Shown here piece after piece: positions 10,212-19,819 of a DNA stretch of 64,000 nucleotides. Location of the stretch: contig CAZLJP010000004.1 of NCBI GenBank assembly GCA_964559915.1, positions 16,336 to 80,335 of the forward strand, written 5' to 3'. The notes beneath the pieces were generated by a model. It had not been told where the DNA came from. It saw nothing but the letters and a program-made list of their open reading frames with translations, and ran no database searches. The translations under genes were made by a program, and so were the position numbers. Position 1 is the first letter of the stretch. Every line of letters starts with the position of its first letter. The DNA is from an uncultured Candidatus Saccharibacteria bacterium (GTDB lineage Bacteria > Patescibacteriota > Saccharimonadia > Saccharimonadales > JALRHH01).

Positions 10212-11612
10212 TTAGCTTAGGCGTCGTGCAAGCACGAACTTGTGTGCAATAGCACCAGCTACTGATACAGCAGCGAAGATACCAAACACATCACCAGCAC
10301 CAGTGTTCACCAATGTAGTTGGTGTGCCACCAGTAAAGGTAACCTTTGCCTCACAAACACTTGTCTGCTCTGCACCGTTCACGTTAAAGCGAACAGTTGC
10401 ACGCTGAGTGTATTCACCGTCTTTAGCGTATGTATGTTCAACGCCAGATGTCTTGTTAGTCAAGAGTGGAGCTGAACCATCGCCAAATTCGTATGTAACA
10501 TTCTTTAGTGTTGCACCATTTGTAGCTGTGTACTGTACGCCCAGTGAAATACTGCGGCCGCCCAGTTTAGTTACATTTAATGCATCACATCGGTATGTAG
10601 GTGAAGTAGTCTGACATTCCTTAGTAACAGTCACAGTAGCGTTGTTGTTGTACTCACCAGTTTGGTCAGTATCTACAACTGCGATGTTCTTAAGAGTATT
10701 CAGGCCACACTGCAGCTTAGTTACACCTGCAACATCGGCAGAAAATGTGTAGTAGATTGTGGCACCTGGGCCAACACTACCACCATTCACACCACCGTGG
10801 AACAATAGGTCGTTATTGATAACAACACCATTTGGGTTTGCACCGTTGTACAGCTTAACTGTGCCGGGTACAAACGTCAGGTTAGCAGGCAGAGCATCGT
10901 GAACTTTAACGTTAGTCAAAGTTTCGTTGCCCAGGTTCTTAACAGTAATCAGGTACTCTACACGAGCGTTTGGCTGCGCAGACAGATTAGTTGTAGCACT
11001 GCCACCAGCAACACGAACTTGCTTAGTGATAGACACTGATGGAATCTTAACGCGTGCCATGAAGGTTACCGTTGCCTCGTATTCGTGGCAAGGCTTAACA
11101 TCTTCAATAACAGCACCGTTCAAGATAACACTGTCAGCAATATGTGTTGTGACAATAGTTGGGTTACTACGTGAACCTGTGTTGTGCTTCCAATAAGTGC
11201 TACCAGGAATAAATTCCAGACGAGCATCAGATCGGTTCAGCGTTACACTAGCAGTGTCAGTCACGGTGTTGGTATTAGTACCGGCAATCGTAGCTTTCAC
11301 AACTTGGTTTGTACCAGCAGCGGTTGGGAAATTAATCTTTATTTTTACGTCATTTGCCACACGGTTAGAGTCTGGCAATTCACGGTTGTGGTAGTACACA
11401 GAGAACTTTACGACTTCGTCGTATTTTGCACTGGTACTTGGCTTGTATGTAGTTTCGCCGGTAGTCTGGTTAGCAACACCGATAGAACCCTCAAGGAGGG
11501 CATCGACGGCCATAACAGAGTTAATCGGCAACGCGAGCAACGCGAATAGTACAACTAAAAATGCACCAACACGCTTAGGAGCTCGCTTGAAGTATGAAAA
11601 TAGTTTATTCAT
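10212..11612 (-). CDS. secreted surface protein with DUF11/PKD-like beta domains and C-terminal LVNTGA sortase-type sorting signal
   Basis: Signal peptide (ALLALPINSVMA|VD). VEYLITVKNLGNETLTNVKVHDALP resembles a DUF11 repeat. C-terminus is LVNTGAGDVFGIFAAVSVAGAIAHKFVLARRLS (motif, TM, basic tail). Confidence 0.75.
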   Translation of the reverse strand: MNKLFSYFKRAPKRVGAFLVVLFALLALPINSVMAVDALLEGSIGVANQTTGETTYKPSTSAKYDEVVKFSVYYHNRELPDSNRVANDVKIKINFPTAAGTNQVVKATIAGTNTNTVTDTASVTLNRSDARLEFIPGSTYWKHNTGSRSNPTIVTTHIADSVILNGAVIEDVKPCHEYEATVTFMARVKIPSVSITKQVRVAGGSATTNLSAQPNARVEYLITVKNLGNETLTNVKVHDALPANLTFVPGTVKLYNGANPNGVVINNDLLFHGGVNGGSVGPGATIYYTFSADVAGVTKLQCGLNTLKNIAVVDTDQTGEYNNNATVTVTKECQTTSPTYRCDALNVTKLGGRSISLGVQYTATNGATLKNVTYEFGDGSAPLLTNKTSGVEHTYAKDGEYTQRATVRFNVNGAEQTSVCEAKVTFTGGTPTTLVNTGAGDVFGIFAAVSVAGAIAHKFVLARRLS

Positions 11613-12018
11613 AACAACTCCTTCTAATAGTTCAGTTAATAATCCCCTTAATTGGGGTATGGTTCTAGGTTCTTTTTGATTACTTGCTGCTGTAGTTGTT
11701 AATGAACGCCACTCTTTCCGGGCACCAAGTCAAATCATTACAGGTTATATGGGGTGTTGCAGGAAAACTGGTCGCGTAAGCGATAAAAGAGGATTGGAGT
11801 CGTCAAATGACAACAACATCTCTTTCCAGTTTCCCTGCGGCGATACAATTACTGCTTATTCAATTTTGAAACCACGAGGGTCCCCGGTACAGACAGTGTC
11901 AACAATGACAAAATCTTTGCAATTAAATGCAGTACCGGGGAACCCTGAACCGTTACAATCGCAAAACGATTAGACGCACAGTGCGCACGGTTCTACCTCA
12001 GCCTCAGGCCAACTTATC

Positions 12019-13083
12019 CTACCAGCCGTCGGGCTTGGAGGGTTCGTTGTCCTTTTCGGTTTCATCGTCAGAGTGAGACTCGTCAGATTCACCTTCAGCT
12101 TCAGCACCGTCGTTGCCGGAGTTGCCGTGGTCGGAATCGTCGGAACGATCCTTCTTCGGCGGCTCAGACTTCTCGGCGTCCTTGGTCGGCTCCTGCTTGT
12201 GACTGCTGACCTTGTCGTGAGTGGGGATATCGCTACCTCCACCACTGCTGGTGCTGTCGTGTTGATCTTGCTTCTTCACACAGCGACCGTCGTAGCCAAC
12301 GTGCTCGTCGGACTTGCAGTCATGACCACCGCCACCACAGTTGTGGGTGCACTTGTGGTCACGATCATGATGCTTCTTTTCCCACACCTTGTAGGGGATG
12401 GGCAGTCTGTACTGCGGATTGGCGCAAGCACCACGCAGTGCAAACAAAGAAGTCACCTCGCCACGTTCCACCTGAGCCGGCGGGACAAAGATCAGCGCGA
12501 TGCTGCTCTTGTTGTCCACCTTCTCGCGATCAGCCCGCTGAGGTCCGTTGTAGTAGTAGGTGTTACCCTCCCACACGACGGATTCATTGAACTGAACCGC
12601 AACCCAGTTGTCCTCGTCGAGGAGCTGTGTCTTGGTGGTCTTCGCGTCGTCCTCGCTGGTCTGCTGGATGGCAGCCTTCAGGGCGGCGCGAGCCTGCGGT
12701 GTGTCACTGTCGAGGAACTCAACAGCGTCGGCGGGAGTACGAATCTCTTCGCCATACACACCAGTGCCGGGGTCGTTGGTGTTGTCCACAAACTCATCGA
12801 ACGTGAGGTCCGATTCGTTGTGTCCAACCTGCTCGAGCCCCTGCTTGGCGACGTCCACGACGACCTTGTGCTTTGCAGCAGTGGCAGCCGTGTTGACATC
12901 GGCTTTGGCCGTGTCTTCGTAGCTGGCATCGTTCAAGAAGGCACCCAAACCCATGAGGGCAAGAGCCAGAACGATGATGCCAACGATGATTACCGTCGGG
13001 CGCCAACGAGGTGAAGAAAGCCGAGCGCGGATGCGCTGGCCTCGAGTCATGACGACGGTGTCGTCATTGTTGTTGGTACTCAT
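12019..13083 (-). CDS. hypothetical single-pass membrane protein with Cys/His cluster and acidic tail, high-GC gene
   Basis: 354-aa ORF. N-terminal TM (VIIVGIIVLALALMGLGAF). HHDRDHKCTHNCGGGGHDCKSDEH cluster. G/C-ending codons dominate, and long ORFs appear in several frames, as expected for high GC. Confidence 0.6.
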   Translation of the reverse strand: MSTNNNDDTVVMTRGQRIRARLSSPRWRPTVIIVGIIVLALALMGLGAFLNDASYEDTAKADVNTAATAAKHKVVVDVAKQGLEQVGHNESDLTFDEFVDNTNDPGTGVYGEEIRTPADAVEFLDSDTPQARAALKAAIQQTSEDDAKTTKTQLLDEDNWVAVQFNESVVWEGNTYYYNGPQRADREKVDNKSSIALIFVPPAQVERGEVTSLFALRGACANPQYRLPIPYKVWEKKHHDRDHKCTHNCGGGGHDCKSDEHVGYDGRCVKKQDQHDSTSSGGGSDIPTHDKVSSHKQEPTKDAEKSEPPKKDRSDDSDHGNSGNDGAEAEGESDESHSDDETEKDNEPSKPDGW

Positions 13084-13872
13084 AGTTTTCCCCTTTCTTG
13101 GGAAAAGTAGTTTCGGTAGCGATTTGCTTCCGAAATGCCAGATTTCCCGTTAGGGTGGCGTCAGTGGCCACACGTATGTGAACACAGATACCACCCTAGC
13201 TTGAAAGGAGATAAAAATTGAATAGGTTACAGTATATGTATCATTCTGCATGGGAATAACCGGAGACCCCGAAAGGGCTCAACAGATACTGCAACCAATG
13301 CAGACCGTCCAGTACTAGCGTGTAGCGAAAGGAGTACTCATCCCCGAACACCCATCTGACTACAAAATGCCTCTGGCGCGCTAATTTGCCGTTTTGCTTC
13401 GCAGCATATACAGATATGCTTTGTCGCAATAACACCAAATTATCATCACCATATACATTTTTCGTCTCCAGATAAGGTCCAGGGATGAATACTAGCCACC
13501 TAATACCAATCAGCCTGCATTGCTTGCATCCCATAACAGATATATGAACTGTAATGATTTGACTTGTTAACGTACCCGATATGTATGGATTCCGGTTGGA
13601 CCCTGTAAGGCGCAAAAAACCAACAATATTGGCAAAAAGCCGCTATCGTCAGTCAATATTCCACCTCTAAAGTTCCTCCCGTAACGGGGTGTTCCCACAC
13701 CCACACATAAGGATGCTCTAAATATATCACAAAAAGCCATAAATGTCAATATATTTAGCAACATTTGTCAAATTAGCACAAGCGGCATCAACAGAGGCAG
13801 TCACGCTTCACTTACTACCTATAGTGCTACAGCTTAGGAATAGTTTCTGTATGTTTTTATACACTACGTAAA

Positions 13873-15303
13873 CTATTGCTCGGGCTGGCTGACAGGCAGT
13901 TTAAGCTTTTCCTTAGAGAAGCTAAAACCAAAGGTACTGCCCTTGCCCACCGTGCTCTTAAAGATAATTGCACCACCCTGTGCCGCAATCACCTTCTTGG
14001 CCATAAACAGGCCCAGCCCAGTACCGTCTGGACGCGCCTTTTGTGCATTCTTAGCCCGATAGAACTTACCAAACAGGTGGTGCTGCTCATCCTTTGGTAT
14101 ACCAATACCATTGTCATTAACTGTGAATCTGACTTCTTTAGCAGTTTCTTCCAGTTCCAGCTCAATCTTGCCACCCGATGGCGTGTAATAGATAGCATTA
14201 TCAGAGAAATTCATAATCACCTGACGAATCTTGGTCTCGTCCATCATCAGCATAGGGAATTTCTTGGGCTTTTTGTAAGTCAGGGTCAGATTACGACCAG
14301 CCGCGCTTGCCCTGAGCTGCTCAACCTCGCTCTCTATAACATCCGCCAGATTGGTTGGTTTAGCTTCAATAATGAACTTACCGGTACGCAAACGGGATAA
14401 ATTTAAAAGGTCAGATATCAAATACACCATACGCTGACTGCTGGCAAATGATTGTTCCAATAGCTTCTTCTGGGTAGAATTAATCTCGCCGGCGTCACCC
14501 TCTAGCACCATGCTCACATAGCCCTTTACACTTGTCAGCGGTGTACGCAGCTGATGCGATGCCATACTAATAAACTCGTCCTTGGTCTCATCCAGAGTCT
14601 TGAGCTTCTGGTTAGATAGCTCAAGCTGATGCAAAACGCGTTGATTTTCTTCAAACAGCAGTTTGTTATCCAGTGCCACGCCAATACTCTCGCCCAGACG
14701 ATTCAACAATGCGGTATCAGATGCCGTAACTTGCTCTGGTGGCTGAGTAAAACCTACTACCAGTAACCCCACTAAAGTCCGACGGGCATGTAGCTTCACT
14801 ATATATACAGAGCCGAGACCAATGAATTGGCGGAGCGTATGCACATCTTCAGCCGTACGATTTACTAGCTCACCTATCTGATGGTCGCTCAGACCATCTA
14901 GGCTAAATAACTTGGCACTCTGAAAATTATCAAACCATTCGTTTGCTATCTCTACATGTAGGGGCTGTTCGAACACTGCCGCCACGTCTGCCTGACCTTC
15001 TGAACCACTACTCCAACCGCTCAGCTTCAAATCCTTACGAGACTGCGTTAGTAACCCAACAAATGGATACCCAGTGGCCTGCGTAATCGCCTCAGCAATA
15101 TGCTCGCATACCATATTCAGGGATACTTGCGATTCCAAAGCTACCGAATCTATTACACTCAGTAACGACAATGTGCGGTTAGTATCGTGCAGCTCCTTGT
15201 TGCGAGCATACATCTGCTGCGATACTTCTTGTAGTGTCGCCTGTAGTGTCCGTTTACGAACAAAACCTTTGGTTGTGTCTTTGATTTTGGGAGTATCTTC
15301 CAC
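13873..15303 (-). CDS. cytoplasmic sensor histidine kinase (GAF-like N-terminal domain, HisKA, HATPase_c)
   Basis: H-box SMASHQLRTPLTSVKGY, N-box FSDNAIYYT, G-boxes DNGIGIP and GTGLGL. No TM segment. Confidence 0.88.
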   Translation of the reverse strand: MEDTPKIKDTTKGFVRKRTLQATLQEVSQQMYARNKELHDTNRTLSLLSVIDSVALESQVSLNMVCEHIAEAITQATGYPFVGLLTQSRKDLKLSGWSSGSEGQADVAAVFEQPLHVEIANEWFDNFQSAKLFSLDGLSDHQIGELVNRTAEDVHTLRQFIGLGSVYIVKLHARRTLVGLLVVGFTQPPEQVTASDTALLNRLGESIGVALDNKLLFEENQRVLHQLELSNQKLKTLDETKDEFISMASHQLRTPLTSVKGYVSMVLEGDAGEINSTQKKLLEQSFASSQRMVYLISDLLNLSRLRTGKFIIEAKPTNLADVIESEVEQLRASAAGRNLTLTYKKPKKFPMLMMDETKIRQVIMNFSDNAIYYTPSGGKIELELEETAKEVRFTVNDNGIGIPKDEQHHLFGKFYRAKNAQKARPDGTGLGLFMAKKVIAAQGGAIIFKSTVGKGSTFGFSFSKEKLKLPVSQPEQ

Positions 15304-15365
15304 CTAATAATCCTTACGCTTGTATATCAGTATACAGGGCCTCTGGGCGTATAGATAGATAAGGC

Positions 15366-15785
15366 TTAAATCTTCAGTGAAGATGGCTGCTGGTCAGCGG
15401 GTACCTGACTTAGCAAGTTAGCGACTGCTTCTCTACAGGTTTCTACAGCAATTTGACCAAAAAGTTCTTTATATTGGGCGACCAAATCATCTATAGCAAT
15501 TTGTGGGCTGCCTTCAATGTCCACTTCATGCTGCGGCCAGTTTATCTTAAGCTCACCTACTAGCTTAGCCTGGTCAACAGCAATTGGGCCAATAATAGCT
15601 TCTTGTTGTTCAATAATTCTCTCGGCAATCTGGTCAAATATACCATCAAGCGGGTTTGTTGTGGGAGCAGGAGCTGAATCAGCTACCTGGGGCTGGGTTA
15701 CTACAGTAGGAGTTATTGGATTTTCGCTAGGAGTAGTAGGCATCTGTACTGGCTGCTGACTATTCTGTGAATCTTCGCCTTCCAT
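15366..15785 (-). CDS. hypothetical protein (Pro/Gln/Thr-rich N-terminus)
   Basis: 139-aa ORF. ATGA overlap with the upstream membrane-protein gene suggests co-translation. Confidence 0.45.
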   Translation of the reverse strand: MEGEDSQNSQQPVQMPTTPSENPITPTVVTQPQVADSAPAPTTNPLDGIFDQIAERIIEQQEAIIGPIAVDQAKLVGELKINWPQHEVDIEGSPQIAIDDLVAQYKELFGQIAVETCREAVANLLSQVPADQQPSSLKI

Positions 15786-16612
15786 TATGACTCCTCCTTT
15801 ACTGTCTTCTGCTGTAGCTTCTTATAAATATTCAGGAATTGGATTAGCGCAGTAGCCATGACGAAATAAGATATTAGGTAAAGTAAATCGGCGTATTGCC
15901 CAGCAAGATATTTATCTCTACTACTTTCGTAGACAAAATTAAAGTCTGCAACATATTGTACGAAAAGTGCCAAAATCACTAACAAAATACCTCGTTTCAT
16001 CACACCTCCAAGTAACCTACGAGAGAGGAATAATGCAATTAACCCCAGAGAGATATATATTGCTTGACCCATCGGATATCCAAAATCAAGGAATACGGTT
16101 AAAGGGTGGCTAGTATCATATTCGTGGTTATGTAAAAAGACCGCATAAGATGCGACCAAGAGCAAAGCTGGTATTAAGAATGCTACTGCCTTGTATACAC
16201 CCTTCTTTAGTGAAAAGCCTACGCCCGCAGTACGGCTAAGTAGCAAAGCTGCGATAATATACAGTACAACGCTACCAAAATAAGCAACATCGCCCCATGA
16301 AGGGTATGGAATTTGAATTTTCGCACCATATATATAGTAGGTATATATGAGTTGCCCGGCTTCTTGTGCTAATAATCCAAGGGAGAAAAACATCAATGCC
16401 CGACCGAGCAGTGTTTTGAAGCCACCCCATTTAACGGCCGCAACAAGACCAATAACTGCACCTATCAACGCAACAACACCATAGGTGCCGCCAAACCACT
16501 GCACAGCCACGCCTTGGTTCTCTACAACATGTTGAAAAGTGAACCACCACGCTAGAAATCCCAAAAAGACTGCTGTTACGGCGATTTGTAATTTATTTTT
16601 TAGAAAGCTCAT
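15785..16612 (-). CDS. polytopic integral membrane protein
   Basis: About 8 hydrophobic segments across 275 aa. No recognisable family. Confidence 0.6.
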   Translation of the reverse strand: MSFLKNKLQIAVTAVFLGFLAWWFTFQHVVENQGVAVQWFGGTYGVVALIGAVIGLVAAVKWGGFKTLLGRALMFFSLGLLAQEAGQLIYTYYIYGAKIQIPYPSWGDVAYFGSVVLYIIAALLLSRTAGVGFSLKKGVYKAVAFLIPALLLVASYAVFLHNHEYDTSHPLTVFLDFGYPMGQAIYISLGLIALFLSRRLLGGVMKRGILLVILALFVQYVADFNFVYESSRDKYLAGQYADLLYLISYFVMATALIQFLNIYKKLQQKTVKEES

Positions 16613-16709
16613 TTACCTTTATTATCCTTAGGCTATTATATATGTCAAGCCTTAAGCATGATAGCCACTATTCTTTAGCATCAAAGGGTCGTGTATTATA
16701 CTTCTTGGT

Positions 16710-17645
16710 ATGTTTCCTACCTTTCCAAAATTTGAACCCTTGAAAATGACCCATAAGGACCATTATTCTAAGCTTATCGGTGAATATCCTGCGTATTCAG
16801 ATATTTCCTTCAGCACGTTGCAAATATGGTGGAATCTAAGTGATCAACTCCAGGTCTCCACCCTAAACAAAAACATTATCATTCACTATTTGTTGCCATT
16901 TGATGAGGAAAATTCCGGTTATTCCATAGTCGGTCAATATGAGCTAGACGAAAGCATACAGTCCATTTTTGACTATCAAGTTGCAAATAACCTGCCTGCA
17001 CGCCTGGTTCACGTACCTGAGTTTGCTATCAGCAATATTAAGAATAAACAAAATCTAAAAATAACCGAGGAACTTGATTACAACGAGTACCTACTAGACA
17101 GCAAGTTGCTCGCCACACTTGAAGGTCATGATTTGGGAAGAATACGCCGAAAAGTTGCAAGATTTTTACGTGAAACTGAAGGCATTGAAGTAAAGATTGA
17201 AAGCATGGACCTATCTGTAGCGAAAAATACCGAGACGCTTATGGAGAGTATAGTGTCCTGGGAAGAAGCAAGAGAAGCTCGGAATGACCCAGACCACACA
17301 GAGCACGATGCTATCCGAAAAACGCTAGGATACGCCAGCGATTTAGACACTAGAAACTTATGCATCTATCTAGATAGTGAACTACATGGAATCATACTCT
17401 ATGACCTGTCGTTTGATGGTAAATCCTACATTATTCATCACCTGAAAGTTAACTACAGTACCCCTTTTATTTTTGATTATGCCACCCAGGTTATTGCTGA
17501 ACATGCCACTAAAGACGAAATCCCATTAATAAACATGGAGATGGATTTGGGAATCGAGAATCTTCGTTATCACAAAATGAACCTCAAACCCGTTGATTTT
17601 TATAGAAAATATACCGTGGAACCACATGATTCAAATAGTAAATAA
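16710..17645 (+). CDS. DUF2156-like protein (lysyl-phosphatidylglycerol synthase C-terminal-domain fold)
   Basis: The N-terminal pattern F.PL....HY..L.GEYP.YSDISFSTLQIWWN resembles DUF2156 family starts. AT-rich gene. Confidence 0.5.
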   Translation: MFPTFPKFEPLKMTHKDHYSKLIGEYPAYSDISFSTLQIWWNLSDQLQVSTLNKNIIIHYLLPFDEENSGYSIVGQYELDESIQSIFDYQVANNLPARLVHVPEFAISNIKNKQNLKITEELDYNEYLLDSKLLATLEGHDLGRIRRKVARFLRETEGIEVKIESMDLSVAKNTETLMESIVSWEEAREARNDPDHTEHDAIRKTLGYASDLDTRNLCIYLDSELHGIILYDLSFDGKSYIIHHLKVNYSTPFIFDYATQVIAEHATKDEIPLINMEMDLGIENLRYHKMNLKPVDFYRKYTVEPHDSNSK

Positions 17646-17709
17646 TCTAACATGAAACCTCTTCTAACTTTCATTATGTGAAATAATGTTATAGTATTGG
17701 AAATAACTG

Positions 17710-18198
17710 ATGAAAATAAATATGACAGCCGGCACGGGCGTTGGGCCCACAGAATTATCAGCGTTTGACCATGCGCTGGTAAACGCAGGTGTTGCCAATT
17801 TTAACCTTATATACCTAAGCTCTGTACTCCCACCGAATAGTGATGTTCATGTAGGCAATCACAAAGTTAGCCCTACGGGTAACTGGGGTGATCGTTTGTA
17901 CGTAGTGGTGGCCCAGAAACGTACCAGCCAACGTAACCAAGAGGTATGGGCGGGTATTGGCTGGATGCAAGATCCAGAAACGAAAAAAGGCCTCCTCGTA
18001 GAGCACGAAGGCCACACCGAAGATGAAGTCCGAGCTGACATAAAAAACAGTCTTGAGGCACTTGCTCAAAACCGCGGCATGAAGTTTGGGCCAATCAATA
18101 TGCACGTAGTTGGCAAAAAATGCGTATCATTGCCTGTCTGTGCGCTTGTTGTGGCAGTATTCGAATCTGCAGAGTGGATTACCAACCAACAATCTTAG
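17710..18198 (+). CDS. pdaD: pyruvoyl-dependent arginine decarboxylase
   Basis: GTGVGPTELSAFDHALVNAGVANFNLIYLSSVLPP matches the PvlArgDC signature, including the Ser-Ser self-cleavage site. Length is 162 aa. Confidence 0.85.
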   Translation: MKINMTAGTGVGPTELSAFDHALVNAGVANFNLIYLSSVLPPNSDVHVGNHKVSPTGNWGDRLYVVVAQKRTSQRNQEVWAGIGWMQDPETKKGLLVEHEGHTEDEVRADIKNSLEALAQNRGMKFGPINMHVVGKKCVSLPVCALVVAVFESAEWITNQQS

Positions 18199-18204
18199 GG
18201 TTGC

Positions 18205-19155
18205 CTATCCCTCGATAATATTTGTGGCTGCCTTGTCTCTTTGAGTCTTCTGTTCGTGAAACTTTGCTATATTCCAACCTGAATTTGCCAAACCTAGCGC
18301 TATAGAACCCAGTAAAGCAATGCTTGCGGGGTTGTCGGGCGTGGTGAGCGTTTCAAACGTACTAGCTATAGCATCCATTGGAGGACGTAATATGGGAACG
18401 CCACGATATATCTCACGGACTCCTTCTGCAGTACCAACCCAGGTGGTCGCTATGAGTGCAGCAAGGTATGCATTGCGCTTGAGACTTGGGGGATTACCTG
18501 CTAATGTTTCCTGCAAAATAACACTACTCGTGCCAATTGCGTTTACTTTACCGGTATCCACGACAAGAGTACCCAAAACTCGTGCGGCACGTGTTTTACG
18601 GGCGGCTAGTTTTTCACCTAGTTTTTCAAACTTTTCGCTTATATAACCCAGTGCGGTATATGGTGCATTAGCAATCTGAGACAAAGCCTTTCGTGGCCGA
18701 GACATTTTAGAATAGCGCTCTTCCGTATATTCTTCCATATCAGCGAAGGCACCCTTTAATTTACGGCTACGGGTTATTGCTGCACCAAGCAGAATGCTCT
18801 CTAACCCCACGGTTAAGCTCACTATCCCATCTTCAATTAATCGTTCTTTGGCAGGAGAATCAACATGAACTATCTTTTGTGATTCTTGCAAAACTTTGAA
18901 AGTGGCTGCATCTGATAGTGCTAAGTCGGCTACAGGAATAGTACATACAGCCGCCATGACAGCACGGCCAGCAAATTGACGTGTCTTGAGAAATCGAGGG
19001 CTAGATTCGGCGCGGTGTTTTGCGCGTTCTTCACGGTCAAGAATTGGCTGCTCAACCACGGCAGGGAGAGATTGGATTTCACTATGTATATCCTCAGGCT
19101 GTAATGACTGAATATTTACATCTGTTGGATTTGGTTGTGATATGGGTGAATCCAT
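18205..19155 (-). CDS. hypothetical protein
   Basis: 316-aa ORF with amphipathic and weakly hydrophobic segments. No recognisable motif. Confidence 0.45.
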   Translation of the reverse strand: MDSPISQPNPTDVNIQSLQPEDIHSEIQSLPAVVEQPILDREERAKHRAESSPRFLKTRQFAGRAVMAAVCTIPVADLALSDAATFKVLQESQKIVHVDSPAKERLIEDGIVSLTVGLESILLGAAITRSRKLKGAFADMEEYTEERYSKMSRPRKALSQIANAPYTALGYISEKFEKLGEKLAARKTRAARVLGTLVVDTGKVNAIGTSSVILQETLAGNPPSLKRNAYLAALIATTWVGTAEGVREIYRGVPILRPPMDAIASTFETLTTPDNPASIALLGSIALGLANSGWNIAKFHEQKTQRDKAATNIIEG

Positions 19156-19207
19156 AATGAAAGTATTATAGCATAAACTTGATAAATAAGCAATACCTTT
19201 TTACTGA

Positions 19208-19819
19208 TTAGTCGTCGAAGAGTGCAGAATATTCAAGCATTTCTGATTTGGTTGGTGTCTTTTGGTCTCCAGAAACAGCCTTACCCTTTCCGAGCGGCAT
19301 ACTTCCTGTAGCCACATTGGTCGGTTTCATGGCTAGGCCCAAACCATATTTTGCGCGCAATTGGTTCATTTGAGTAAAATCTTCTATTGGGAACAAAAAT
19401 GGTCTACCAAGTTTAGATTGATACCACTGAGTGCCAAATAGCTGCTTCTCTCCTTTGAGAATCCTAACTCTATCTGTCAAACTCGGTATCGCCTCGGGGT
19501 GGACTGAGTGCCCCTCCTTGTGAGTGTCCTCAAAGACAGAAAGGATAGATTGCATAACGGAAAAATGAGCATGAAGACCAATGACTGATATTGCTTGAGA
19601 CCCGTCAAGGCCAACATTATCTATACTTGGCTCTTTTATTTCCTGGAGAATCTGGTACACTCTTTGCGTTCTCTGATAACCATTAAACTTTAGGTCTTTT
19701 TCTCGATTCTTAGCCTGTTTTGTAGTAAGCGAACTCAGCTCCCTAGAGAATGATATTATCTCACTTTGGTCTTCGGCGAGTATATCAATTAATTCTTGCC
19801 GTAGCTGAGGATACTTCAT
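19208..19819 (-). CDS. hypothetical protein (possibly DUF6624-like)
   Basis: 203-aa ORF. GLDGSQAISVIGLHAHF...LTDRVRILKGEKQLFGTQW loosely resembles the DUF6624 pattern. Confidence 0.4.
   Translation of the reverse strand: MKYPQLRQELIDILAEDQSEIISFSRELSSLTTKQAKNREKDLKFNGYQRTQRVYQILQEIKEPSIDNVGLDGSQAISVIGLHAHFSVMQSILSVFEDTHKEGHSVHPEAIPSLTDRVRILKGEKQLFGTQWYQSKLGRPFLFPIEDFTQMNQLRAKYGLGLAMKPTNVATGSMPLGKGKAVSGDQKTPTKSEMLEYSALFDD

Noticed and set aside
12073-13014. 313-aa plus-strand ORF (and several 70-104-aa ORFs) antisense to the 354-aa high-GC gene
   Set aside because: The translations are low-complexity (runs of V, L, G, R) with no start context. Long stop-free antisense frames are expected in GC-rich DNA. 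The minus-strand frame has a TM and a coherent domain structure.
13241-13615. 124-aa ORF in the 790-bp gap
   Set aside because: It has no recognisable motif, no convincing RBS and atypical composition. It is kept only as part of the ORF-poor-region finding.
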